Assembly (NCBI GenBank): GCA_964569015.1
Contig: CAZMSN010000001.1
Location: 36,439 to 95,444, forward strand
From: an uncultured Acidimicrobiaceae bacterium
Lineage (GTDB): Bacteria > Actinomycetota > Acidimicrobiia > Spongiisociales > UBA5794
Length of the DNA stretch: 59,006 bases
Direction: 5' to 3'
Positions 30,724 through 39,931 of this stretch are shown piece after piece; positions within the stretch are counted from its first letter, which is position 1; every line of letters starts with the position of its first letter. Made by a program: the position numbers and the translations under genes. The notes below the pieces were generated by a model that did no database searches, was not told where the DNA came from, and saw only the letters and a list, made by a program, of their open reading frames with translations.

Positions 30724-31641
30724 GTGACGACGGCAGGGATCGATCTCAGCGGAGACGTTTCCCGAAATCGCCGGGAGCGTCGCGTGCGGAGGCTGTTTCT
30801 GGCTGCGGCCGTCTTCTCGGTGGTTGTCAGCGTCGCCATCGTGCTCTCCCTCTTCGGGGAGGCGATGCGTTTCTTGGGGGCCATCGACCTCTCCCAGCTC
30901 TGGGCGGATGGATGGTTCCCACGCCGCGGCCGCTTCGACATGCGCACCATCGTCTGGCACACGGTGCTGGTCAGCCTGATCGCCATGGTCGTGGCGACAC
31001 CGCTCGGCCTCGGTGCGGCCACCTATCTCTCGGAGTACGCCAAGCCCCGTGCCCGCCGGTTGCTCAAGCCGATCCTCGAGATCCTGGCCGGGATCCCTTC
31101 GGTGGTGCTCGGTTTCTTCGCCCTCAGGTTCATCACCCCCGAGCTGGTTCAACGGATCTGGCCGGGGGTCCAGCAGAGCAACCTGATGGCCGCCGGCATC
31201 GGTGTCGGCATCCTCATCGTGCCTCTGGTGGCCTCGGTCTCGGAGGACGCCATGCGGGCCGTGCCCCGGTCCCTCCGCGAGGCCTCGTACGGGCTCGGCG
31301 CCAAGAAGTGGCACACCAGCCTCAGAGTGGTTTTCCCGGCAGCCCTCTCCGGAATCACGGCGTCGCTGATCCTCGGGCTGTCGCGGGCCATCGGCGAGAC
31401 CATGGTGGTGGCGATCGCCGCCGGCGCCACCGGCGGCTCCCTGCTCCAAGTCAATCCTCTCCACGGTGGCCAGACGATGACCGGCGCCATCGCCTCGCTC
31501 GCCATCGGCTCCGACCAGGTGGCTGGTGAGGCGGGGACCTTCAACAGCCTCTTCTTCGTGGGCCTGGCGCTCTTCGCTATGACCCTGCTCCTCAACGTCG
31601 TCAGCGAGCGCTTCGTGCGTCGATTCCGGCAGCGGTACTGA
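30724..31641 (+). CDS. pstC: Phosphate ABC transporter permease
   Basis: YLSEYA, LAGIPSVVLG, EASYGLGA, SRAIGETM. Confidence 0.95.
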   Translation: MTTAGIDLSGDVSRNRRERRVRRLFLAAAVFSVVVSVAIVLSLFGEAMRFLGAIDLSQLWADGWFPRRGRFDMRTIVWHTVLVSLIAMVVATPLGLGAATYLSEYAKPRARRLLKPILEILAGIPSVVLGFFALRFITPELVQRIWPGVQQSNLMAAGIGVGILIVPLVASVSEDAMRAVPRSLREASYGLGAKKWHTSLRVVFPAALSGITASLILGLSRAIGETMVVAIAAGATGGSLLQVNPLHGGQTMTGAIASLAIGSDQVAGEAGTFNSLFFVGLALFAMTLLLNVVSERFVRRFRQRY

Positions 31642-31653
31642 GGAGGACGCACC

Positions 31654-32592
31654 ATGACCACCCGCGCTGCCACCCCGACCACCACCGACCTGGTGGAGCG
31701 TGCCTTGCGCGGAAAGCGGATCGATGTCTTCGGCACCTTCGTCTCGGTCGCCCTGCTGCTGAGCCTGCTCGTCTCGCTCGGCATCCTGGTGACGCTGCTC
31801 GCCGACATGATCGCCAAGGGTTGGTCGGTCTTCGCCGATCGGGGTCTCGACTTCGTCACCTCGCCCCTCTCTCCCGATCCGGCAAAGGCGGGCCTGTCGC
31901 AGGGCATCTTCGGCTCGGTGGTGCTCACGGTCTTCGTGGTGATCGTGGCGTTTCCCCTCGGGATCGGGGCCGCCATCTACCTCGAGGAGTACGCCTCCGA
32001 CACCAAGGTGACGAGGTTCATCGTCGCCAACATCCGCAACCTGGCCGGGGTGCCCTCGATCGTCTACGGCCTGCTCGGCCTTTCGATCTTCGTCAAGCTG
32101 CTGTCGGGTGTCACCAACGGGCGGACCTTGGTGAGCGGTGGCCTCACCCTGGCTGTGCTGGTGCTGCCGATCATGGTGATCACCGCGTCGGAGGCACTGC
32201 GGGCGGTGCCCCAGGCGTTGCGGCAGGCGGCATTCGGGGTGGGGGCGACCCGATGGGAGATGATTCGGCACCAGCTCCTGCCGGTGGCCGCTCCCGCCAT
32301 GTTGACCGGCTCGGTGCTCACCATCGCCCGGGCGTTCGGTGAGTCGGCGCCGTTGCTGCTGGCCGGGGCGATCCTCTCCAACTTCTTCGCCCCACCTGCC
32401 GGGACCGGACTGCTCACTCAAATCACGGACGCCGACTACACGGCGTTGCCGATCGTGATCTTCAACTGGTCCCGGCAGCCGCAGAAGGAGTTCGTGGCGA
32501 TCACGGCTGCCGCGATCGTGGTCTTGTTGGTGCTGCTGTTGACGGTGAACGCGGCGACGATCATCCTGCGCGACAGATTCGAGCGAAAGTGA
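31654..32592 (+). CDS. pstA: Phosphate ABC transporter permease
   Basis: [26 protein letters not shown]. Confidence 0.95.
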   Translation: MTTRAATPTTTDLVERALRGKRIDVFGTFVSVALLLSLLVSLGILVTLLADMIAKGWSVFADRGLDFVTSPLSPDPAKAGLSQGIFGSVVLTVFVVIVAFPLGIGAAIYLEEYASDTKVTRFIVANIRNLAGVPSIVYGLLGLSIFVKLLSGVTNGRTLVSGGLTLAVLVLPIMVITASEALRAVPQALRQAAFGVGATRWEMIRHQLLPVAAPAMLTGSVLTIARAFGESAPLLLAGAILSNFFAPPAGTGLLTQITDADYTALPIVIFNWSRQPQKEFVAITAAAIVVLLVLLLTVNAATIILRDRFERK

Positions 32593-33458
32593 GGCCGGTG
32601 ATGGGCCAGGGTTCGGTGGAGGATGGCTCGCGACCGGTCCTGAGGACGGTGGTGGAACGCGAGCGTCGCCGGACCGGCCAGGAAGAGGCCGTCTTCGACG
32701 TCTCCCATCTGGAGGTCTTCTACGGGGACTTCCAAGCGCTGCGAGATGCGAGCTTCCAGGTGCAGGCCCGCCAGATCACGGCCTTCATCGGTCCGTCGGG
32801 GTGCGGCAAGTCGACGGTGCTGCGTTGCTTCAACCGCATGAACGACCTCATCGAGACCGCCCGTGTCGAGGGCGAGGTTCGCTATCACGGTGTCGACCTC
32901 TACGGCCCCGACGTCGATCCGGTGGAGGTGCGGCGCCGCGTCGGCATGGTCTTCCAGAAGCCGAACCCGTTTCCGAAGTCGATCTACGAGAACGTCGCCT
33001 TCGGGCCCCGCATCGCCGGATTCAAGGGGAACATGGACGCTCTCGTGGAGGAGTCGCTCGAACGAGCCGCTCTCCTGAACGAGGTGAAGGACATCCTCGA
33101 TCAGTCAGCGATCGCGCTGTCGGGTGGTCAGCAGCAGCGCCTGTGCATCGCCCGGGCGATCGCCACGAATCCCGACGTGCTGCTGATGGACGAGCCGGCT
33201 TCGGCACTCGACCCCATCGCCACGCTTCGCATCGAAGAGCTGATGCAGGAGTTGAAGAAGGAGTACACGATCATCATCGTCACCCACAACATGCAGCAGG
33301 CGGCGCGGGTGAGCGATCGCACGGCGTTCTTCAACGTCGACGTGCGGGAGAACGGGATGCGGACGGGCCAGCTCGTAGAATTCGATGAGACCGGCAAGCT
33401 GTTCACCAATCCGAGCGAGCCGGCCACCGAGGGCTACATCACCGGGCGCTTCGGCTAG
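32589..33458 (+). CDS. pstB: Phosphate ABC transporter ATP-binding protein
   Basis: [43 protein letters not shown]. Confidence 0.97.
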   Translation: MRPVMGQGSVEDGSRPVLRTVVERERRRTGQEEAVFDVSHLEVFYGDFQALRDASFQVQARQITAFIGPSGCGKSTVLRCFNRMNDLIETARVEGEVRYHGVDLYGPDVDPVEVRRRVGMVFQKPNPFPKSIYENVAFGPRIAGFKGNMDALVEESLERAALLNEVKDILDQSAIALSGGQQQRLCIARAIATNPDVLLMDEPASALDPIATLRIEELMQELKKEYTIIIVTHNMQQAARVSDRTAFFNVDVRENGMRTGQLVEFDETGKLFTNPSEPATEGYITGRFG

Positions 33459-33468
33459 GGAGGACGAG

Positions 33469-34182
33469 ATGACTACGAGTGACACGAGTTCTTCCGAGCA
33501 TCGGCGCCACGACGAGGCCCGCCATCGCTTCGCCGCGACGCTCGACGAGATTCGAGGCGGGATGGTGCGCATGGGATCGCTGGTGGTCGAGAACACCCGC
33601 CGAGCCGGCGAGGTGATGATCGAGAACCGGCTCGACGTGGCGCCTTTGGTGCGCGCGGCCGACGACGAGATCAACGAGGCGTATGCCCGCCTCGAGCAGC
33701 TCAGCTTCGAGACCCTGGCCCGGCAGCAGCCGGTGGCGAAGGATCTGCGCTTCCTGGTGGCAACGACCCGGATCCTCTACGAGCTGGAACGGTCGGGCGA
33801 CTTGGCGGTCAACTGTGCCGGCATCGTCGAGAAGCTGGATGGGCTGCCCGATTCCCCGAAGCTCATGGGCCTGCTGGCTCGGATCCTCGACGAGGCCTGT
33901 GCGCTGTTCGCCCGCGCCATCGACGCCTTGGCGGACCTCGATGCCTCGTCGGGGGAGCGCCTCGACCGGGAGGACGACGTCGTCGACGATTTGGTCTCTC
34001 GTCTCTACCAGCAGGTCGGGATCGAGAGTGAGGCGATCGGTCTAGAGACGGCGGTGGGTCTCTCCCGGCTGGGACGGTTCCTGGAGCGCATCGCCGACCA
34101 TGCGGTGAACATCGGCGAGAACATCGCCTTCATCGTCACGGCCGAGTTTCCCGGCGACACCCACGTCGTGTTGCGCGGCTAG
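33469..34182 (+). CDS. phoU: Phosphate signalling protein PhoU
   Basis: QQPVAKDLR, ELERSGDLA, DDVVD, LERIADHAVNI. Confidence 0.95.
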   Translation: MTTSDTSSSEHRRHDEARHRFAATLDEIRGGMVRMGSLVVENTRRAGEVMIENRLDVAPLVRAADDEINEAYARLEQLSFETLARQQPVAKDLRFLVATTRILYELERSGDLAVNCAGIVEKLDGLPDSPKLMGLLARILDEACALFARAIDALADLDASSGERLDREDDVVDDLVSRLYQQVGIESEAIGLETAVGLSRLGRFLERIADHAVNIGENIAFIVTAEFPGDTHVVLRG

Positions 34183-34210
34183 GGCTGGGCGCCCGCTCCG
34201 TGACCCCCTC

Positions 34211-34243
34211 GGCGCACTCCGCCAGCTCTGCTGGCGCTGCGCC
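34211..34243. repeat. Intergenic palindrome (REP-like or bidirectional terminator)
   Basis: GGCGCA-ctc-CGCCAGC-tct-GCTGGCG-c-TGCGCC between convergent genes. Confidence 0.6.
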
Positions 34244-34278
34244 AGGTCCCCCCTGATGCCAAGGAGGGGGTGAAACGG

Positions 34279-35220
34279 CTATTGCAGGACGGAGCGGATC
34301 TGGACTACCTGGTAGAGGGTGTCGAAACGGTCGGTGACGGTGGTGGCCATCGGAACCGGGTCGGACCAGCCTGAGCCGGTGTTCCACCGCCACTCACCGA
34401 TCCACGTCACCTCAGTCGACACCGGATACCCGTCAGGAAACCCGGCCCTGGTGCTCGTCGTCTCATACATGTGGGTGCCGGCAGGATCCTCATGACTCCC
34501 CGCCGCCGCCGGGGCCTGCTCGAACGTCGCAGCGGTCGTGGTGGCGATGCCGCCGTCACCGAAATCCCACCGCAACTGTGAGATCCACGCCCACGCCTCC
34601 AACTCGATGGTGGCACCCGTCTCAGGATCAATCCAGGTGACCCCGAACGGGGCCACCTGCGCATCAGCCCCGTACCACACCCACGTCTCCAACCCGGTCA
34701 GGCCCCACACCACCGGATCCTTGTCGAACCCCGGCTCGCTGCGACGCCGCTCGACTTCCTCCCACACATCAACAGTGACACTCACATCCACACACACCGT
34801 GCGATATACGTTCCCGTCGGCGCTGATAACCGCATCATCCGGCGTCAACGGCTCCTGATCCACCCGCCCGACGATCTCGCCGACATCTCCGGCATGGACG
34901 ATTTCCCCGGCATCTGGCCCCTCCCCCCACACCAACCACTGCAACACCCTCGGCCGAGGAGGATCGCCCTCACACACACCATCGAGCACCTGACCAGGCC
35001 CCCACACCGGCCCAAACACCGACTCGCCGTCGACCCCATCGTCAGCCGAAACATCATCACCACCAGAACCCGTCGCGATACACCGGTTGCCGGACGGCCC
35101 CTGGTCGCAGACTGCCCCGGGGGGAGGTTCAGACTGAGACGGGTCCTCGGCAGTTTGCGCGAGCGCAGTGCCGCTGCCCAACACCATGACCGCTGCGACG
35201 ATCACCAATATGCGTTTCAT
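34279..35220 (-). CDS. Secreted protein with PKD-like C-terminal domain
   Basis: Signal peptide MKRILVIVAA...ALA, four Cys, PVVWGLTGLETWVW and WDFGDG motifs. Confidence 0.7.
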   Translation of the reverse strand: MKRILVIVAAVMVLGSGTALAQTAEDPSQSEPPPGAVCDQGPSGNRCIATGSGGDDVSADDGVDGESVFGPVWGPGQVLDGVCEGDPPRPRVLQWLVWGEGPDAGEIVHAGDVGEIVGRVDQEPLTPDDAVISADGNVYRTVCVDVSVTVDVWEEVERRRSEPGFDKDPVVWGLTGLETWVWYGADAQVAPFGVTWIDPETGATIELEAWAWISQLRWDFGDGGIATTTAATFEQAPAAAGSHEDPAGTHMYETTSTRAGFPDGYPVSTEVTWIGEWRWNTGSGWSDPVPMATTVTDRFDTLYQVVQIRSVLQ

Positions 35221-35882
35221 TCTTTCCACGCTCCGAAATCCCAGATCAGCCATTGCCCGTCGTCTTTCCGCTTCATCTCTGCCCGCCACGTGAACTCGGT
35301 CCACCCCTCCAGTTCATTCAGGACCACACCGTCGGCGTCCACGAACTGTGCCGGCTCAGGCTGGGTTGACTGCATGGGCATCATCATGTAGCCGTCGGGG
35401 ATGAGTTCCTCAGGGCAACCGATTGAGAGGGCCTCACCCAGATCGGCGTTCAGCAGTCGAATGCCATCTTCCACGTAGCCGGCAAACAGCTCGGCCTGCT
35501 CTTGGATCTCGGGCCCGTCGGGGTGATACAACATTGACAACACCCCGAGATCATCGGTGGGATGAGCCTCTGCCCATTCCATGAACTTGTTGGCTTCCAC
35601 CCACCAGCGATCAAGGTCTTCGCAGGTCTCAACCGTCAGGTCGATCTCCGGTGGCCCCTCATCATCCGGCACCGGCACCGTCGTGGTCGTCGACGTCGAA
35701 GTCGTCGTGGTGGTGGTCGACGTTGAGGTGGTGCTCGTTGTTGTGGTGGCGGCAGCCACGGTGGTCGATGTGGTAGTGGAAGTAGGGGTGGCGTCCGAGC
35801 CCGAACAAGCCGCCAGCAGCAACCCGAGCGCTGCCAGCAGCCTCAGGCTGCGGCCGCTGCGTGGTGTGTACCCCTTCCCCAT
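35217..35882 (-). CDS. Putative lipoprotein with Thr-rich linker
   Basis: Lipobox LAAC, long TTTTSTT tract; stop overlaps the start of the PKD-like gene. Start uncertain. Confidence 0.7.
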   Translation of the reverse strand: MGKGYTPRSGRSLRLLAALGLLLAACSGSDATPTSTTTSTTVAAATTTTSTTSTSTTTTTTSTSTTTTVPVPDDEGPPEIDLTVETCEDLDRWWVEANKFMEWAEAHPTDDLGVLSMLYHPDGPEIQEQAELFAGYVEDGIRLLNADLGEALSIGCPEELIPDGYMMMPMQSTQPEPAQFVDADGVVLNELEGWTEFTWRAEMKRKDDGQWLIWDFGAWKE

Positions 35883-36080
35883 CGGGGAGGCATTATGCAC
35901 CACCTCCCCCCGTAATGCAAAACACGCCTTTGTGTTGTTTAACATTTCATACAAGTGACCACGCTGCCTTCCTCAGGCTTCCTCTCACCCTCGCTTGGGA
36001 AGGGAGCGTCGGAGAGGCCGGGGTGTAACGGCAAGACGGGCCATACTGCGGGCGGAATCGCACGAGGAGGCACGAGCGCC

Positions 36081-37736
36081 ATGGCGGCCGAGCTGTTCGC
36101 CAAGCACGAGGGGAGACTGCGCAAGGCGGTCGACGCCCTCGGCAGCGGCGCCCGCTGGAGCCCGTTCCCGGAGAGTCCCCGGGCTTACGACGAGACGGCG
36201 CCGGCGGCCGGGGAGGAGAGATTCACAGCCCGTCTCGGCAGGCCGTTCGAACTCGACCAGCCCTCCCGTAGCGTCGGCCGGACGGCCGAGCGATCGCCGT
36301 ACGGGATCGACCTCGATGTCGAGTACCCGATCGCCGATGCCGACGTGATCATGGCGGCTGCCCGAGAGGCGCTGCCCGAGTGGGCGCAAGCCGAGGCGGA
36401 CGTCCGGGTCGGCGTCTGCCTGGAGATCCTCGATCGGCTGAGCGAGCACAGCTTCGAGATCGCCCACGCGGTGATGCAGACCACCGGCCAGCCTTTCCTG
36501 ATGGCGTTCCAGACCGGCGGTCCCCACGCTCTGGATCGAGGGCTGGAAGCAGTGGCACGGTCGCACGTGGCGCTGGGGCGGGTCCCGGGACCGACGCGGT
36601 GGGAAGCGGCGGGCAAGCGAGAGGCCGGCACGCTCGAGCGGAGCTGGCGTGTCAGACCCCGCGGGGTGGCGGTGACCCTCGGGGCGTCGACGTTCCCGAC
36701 TTGGCACTGCTACCCGGGCCTGTTCGCCAGCCTGGCGACCGGCAATGTCGCGATCGTCAAGCCCCACCCGGCGTCGGTGCTTCCGCTGGCGATCGTCGTC
36801 GAGACGGCCCGCCGGGTCCTGGACGACGCCGGGTTCGATCCCGACGTGGTGCTGCTGGCGGTCGACACTCCCCACGACCCGATCGCCGAGCGCCTGGTGA
36901 CGCATCCGGCGGCGGCCGTTGTCGACTACGCCGGTGGGACCGACTTCGGCCGCTGGATCGAACGGAACGCCGCCCAGGCCGAGGTGTTCACCGAGGCGAG
37001 GGGTGTCAACCCGGTGATCGTCGATTCGGTCGACGATCTCAAGGGCACGATTCGCAGCCTGGCATCGCTGGCGTCCACCTACTCGGGCCAGATGTGCACC
37101 ACACCCCACGTGGTGCTGATGCCCCGAGACGGCATCGACGCCGCCGGCGCCCGCGTCCCGTTCGACGAGGCGGCCCGGTCGCTGGCCGCGGCCGTGGAAG
37201 GGCTCCTGGCCGACGACCGGCGGGCCAGCGACGTTCTGGGCGCCATCCGCAACGACAGCATCCTCGTCCAGATCGACGCGGCCGCCGAAGCCGGCGAGGT
37301 GCTGCTGGCCTCACGCACCGTCGCCAACCCGACGTTTCCGGGGGCGACGGTGCGCACCCCGGTGGTGGTGGCAGTGGGCGCCGCCGACCGTGGTGCCTAT
37401 CTGCGGGAGGTCTCCGGGCCGGTGCTGTTCGTGGTGGCCACCGACTCGACGGCGCACAGCCTGGAGGTGGCCGGCGAGGCGGCCCGGTCCTTGGGCGCTC
37501 TGGCCTGGCTCGTCTACACGACGGACGACGAGGTGGCGGCGAGCGCCGAGCAGGCGGCTCTCGATGCCGGGGTGTCGATCGCTCTCAACCTCGCCGGCGG
37601 GTTCTCCTCGAGCCAGGCAGCGGCACTCGGCGATTTCCATCCCACCGGGGCGAACCCGACCGGCAACGCCTCACTGATCGACCCCGGATTCGTGACGCGG
37701 CGTTTCCACATGGTCGGCGTGCTCCACTCCGGATGA
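36081..37736 (+). CDS. paaN: PaaN-like aldehyde dehydrogenase family protein
   Basis: WSPFPESP, ERSPYG, VMQTTGQ, TFPTW, VKPHP, catalytic YSGQMCTTP; ATG after GAGGAGG. Confidence 0.85.
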   Translation: MAAELFAKHEGRLRKAVDALGSGARWSPFPESPRAYDETAPAAGEERFTARLGRPFELDQPSRSVGRTAERSPYGIDLDVEYPIADADVIMAAAREALPEWAQAEADVRVGVCLEILDRLSEHSFEIAHAVMQTTGQPFLMAFQTGGPHALDRGLEAVARSHVALGRVPGPTRWEAAGKREAGTLERSWRVRPRGVAVTLGASTFPTWHCYPGLFASLATGNVAIVKPHPASVLPLAIVVETARRVLDDAGFDPDVVLLAVDTPHDPIAERLVTHPAAAVVDYAGGTDFGRWIERNAAQAEVFTEARGVNPVIVDSVDDLKGTIRSLASLASTYSGQMCTTPHVVLMPRDGIDAAGARVPFDEAARSLAAAVEGLLADDRRASDVLGAIRNDSILVQIDAAAEAGEVLLASRTVANPTFPGATVRTPVVVAVGAADRGAYLREVSGPVLFVVATDSTAHSLEVAGEAARSLGALAWLVYTTDDEVAASAEQAALDAGVSIALNLAGGFSSSQAAALGDFHPTGANPTGNASLIDPGFVTRRFHMVGVLHSG

Positions 37737-37746
37737 GCCGGGCCGG

Positions 37747-38340
37747 TCAGCGCCGGGAGCCGAGACCCCCGGTGAGCTTCCACGCCGTGGGCAGGAGTAG
37801 CCCGGCGGCGGCGATCTTGACGAGGTCGCCGACGATGAACGGGGCCGCTCCCTTCTCGAAGGCCACGACCCACGAGGTGTCGAGGAAATGGGCGAGCCAG
37901 GGCACGCCGCAGAGGTAGATGACCAGGCTTCCGGCGAGGAAGGCCGGGACGGCGGTGGCTACGGTTCGGTCCCGGTGCCGCTCGGCGAGGAAGCCGACGA
38001 GCCAGGAGGCGGCGACGAAGCCGATGAGGAAGCCGCCGGTAGCGCCGGTGGCGGCCTGCCACCCGCTGCCGCCGCCGTTGTAGAAGGGGAGCCCGACCAG
38101 TCCGAGCAGGAGGTAGAGGCCCATGCTGGCGGCGCCGGCGTTGCTGCCGAGCACGGCGCCGGAGAGCAGCACGGTGAAGGTCTGGCCGGTGATCGGCACC
38201 GGGGTGAACGGCAGCGGGATGCGGATCTGGGCCGCACCGGCGGTGAGCAGCGCAAACCCGGCCACCAGGGTTGCGGTGACGACCCAGTGGCGGGGGAGCA
38301 CGACGCCTGCGATGACGCGCGACGGGATGGTGGTCTGCAC
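37747..38340 (-). CDS. bioY: Biotin transporter BioY
   Basis: PFTPVPITGQT, GLVGLPF, ATGGFLIGF, PFIVGDLVK. Confidence 0.93.
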   Translation of the reverse strand: MQTTIPSRVIAGVVLPRHWVVTATLVAGFALLTAGAAQIRIPLPFTPVPITGQTFTVLLSGAVLGSNAGAASMGLYLLLGLVGLPFYNGGGSGWQAATGATGGFLIGFVAASWLVGFLAERHRDRTVATAVPAFLAGSLVIYLCGVPWLAHFLDTSWVVAFEKGAAPFIVGDLVKIAAAGLLLPTAWKLTGGLGSRR

Positions 38341-38472
38341 GGTTCCCCTTTCGGTGACCGAGCGGAATCCTAGGACACTGCCACGGAACGACGATTGCCG
38401 CCGGTGGATCTCCGAGCGATCTCGGAGGCGGGATCGCTCAAGGGGCCTGCCGCGGCGGGCGACAAATCGAGA

Positions 38473-39048
38473 ATGGATCACGGGCGGAGCGAGACGACGA
38501 GGCCGATGCGCCGGCGGGCGGTGCTCGCCCTCGTGGTGGCGGCGACGCTGGCATTGGCGCCGGTGGCGTCCGCTTCCTCGGGACTCGATCCGGCCGCCCA
38601 CGAGCCTCGGTCGAGCCGCCAACCGGTCACCGATCACGCTCAGACCAGGGGATTCGAGATCAGTCACATCCAGATCCCGTCGCTGGGCCTCGACCTGCCG
38701 GTCTACGAGGGCGTGGCGCCGGAGGTGCTTGACAAGGGCGTCGGCCATTGGGCCGGCACCGCCCTGCCGGGCGACGACGGCAATGTGGTCCTCGCTGGGC
38801 ATCGCACCACCCACACTGCGCCGTTCCAGGACATCGACCAGCTCGAGATCGGGGCGCTCATCTACCTCACCGATGGTTGGGATTTCGAGGTGATGTACCG
38901 GGTCACCGACGTGTTCGTCGTCACTCCCGACGACATGTGGATCACCTTCGACGGCGACCGCCCGATGGCGACGCTGTTCGCCTGCCACCCGAAGGGTTCC
39001 GAGCGGCAGCGGATCGTGGTGCGCGCCGAGATGCTCTTCGGCGCCTGA
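38473..39048 (+). CDS. Sortase
   Basis: NVVLAGHRTT (His), TLFACHP (Cys), RIVVRA (Arg). Confidence 0.9.
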   Translation: MDHGRSETTRPMRRRAVLALVVAATLALAPVASASSGLDPAAHEPRSSRQPVTDHAQTRGFEISHIQIPSLGLDLPVYEGVAPEVLDKGVGHWAGTALPGDDGNVVLAGHRTTHTAPFQDIDQLEIGALIYLTDGWDFEVMYRVTDVFVVTPDDMWITFDGDRPMATLFACHPKGSERQRIVVRAEMLFGA

Positions 39049-39052
39049 GGGC

Positions 39053-39874
39053 TCAGCGGGGGGCGAAAGCCGAGCGCATCGTGCCGTCGTCGAAGGCGCC
39101 GCCCACCGAGCCGTCCCGGGCATAGCGGTACAGGGCGGTCTGGTAGATGCCGCTGAGCGCCGACAGCACCACGGCGACGGCGATGCCCCACACGACCGCG
39201 ACGGCGATCCCGGCGACGGCGATGGCACCCCCGCCGGCGATGCCCAGGGCCGCCAGCAGGAACCCCGGCAGCATGAGCACGAACCCGAGCAGGCCGAACC
39301 CGACCTGGGCGGCGACGTTCTCGCCCCAGGTGCGCTTGAAGAGCTGACCGGAACGACGGATGGCGTCTAACACCCGCACGTCCTCGAGCACCAGGGTCGG
39401 CAGCACCAGGAACGTGACGAGGCTCCAGGCGATGCCGGCGATGCCGGCGATGATGCGCCCCACGGTCCCGGCCCGCTCCTCGATGGCGCGCAGGATGATG
39501 GACACGGTGGCGGAGACGATGGCCCACGGGAGGATGCGCCAGGCCCGTTCCCGGGCTCCGGCGATGGCGCTTCGCAGCGTCGGGTCGCCGCCGTCGAGAC
39601 GCTCGTTGGCGGCGTGGATGAGGGCGGCGTTGAAGAAGATGGTGACGTAGGCGAGCGCCACGTACATGACGAAGAGCAGCACGTAGGTGAGCGGTGTGCC
39701 CTGGTTGTCGCCGCCTTCGAAGCTGCCCGTCGCGATGAGTGGGATCACGAACGTGGCGGCGACCACCACCCCGGCGAGGGCCGAGATGACGGGGAGGGCA
39801 ACCAGCTCCCGATCGGCCTTGAGCACGTTCCAGCTGGCCTTGGCGAGATCGATGGTGTTTCTGATTCTCTGCAT
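39053..39874 (-). CDS. DUF6159-like membrane protein
   Basis: ASWNVLKADREL, FFNAAL, WSLVTFLVLP, FKRTWGE, YQTALY motifs. Confidence 0.75.
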   Translation of the reverse strand: MQRIRNTIDLAKASWNVLKADRELVALPVISALAGVVVAATFVIPLIATGSFEGGDNQGTPLTYVLLFVMYVALAYVTIFFNAALIHAANERLDGGDPTLRSAIAGARERAWRILPWAIVSATVSIILRAIEERAGTVGRIIAGIAGIAWSLVTFLVLPTLVLEDVRVLDAIRRSGQLFKRTWGENVAAQVGFGLLGFVLMLPGFLLAALGIAGGGAIAVAGIAVAVVWGIAVAVVLSALSGIYQTALYRYARDGSVGGAFDDGTMRSAFAPR

Positions 39875-39931
39875 GGGGCAAGTGTAGGGAGGAGGGAGCC
39901 CAAGCTCCCTTCCGGCGGTAGCATCACGTCC

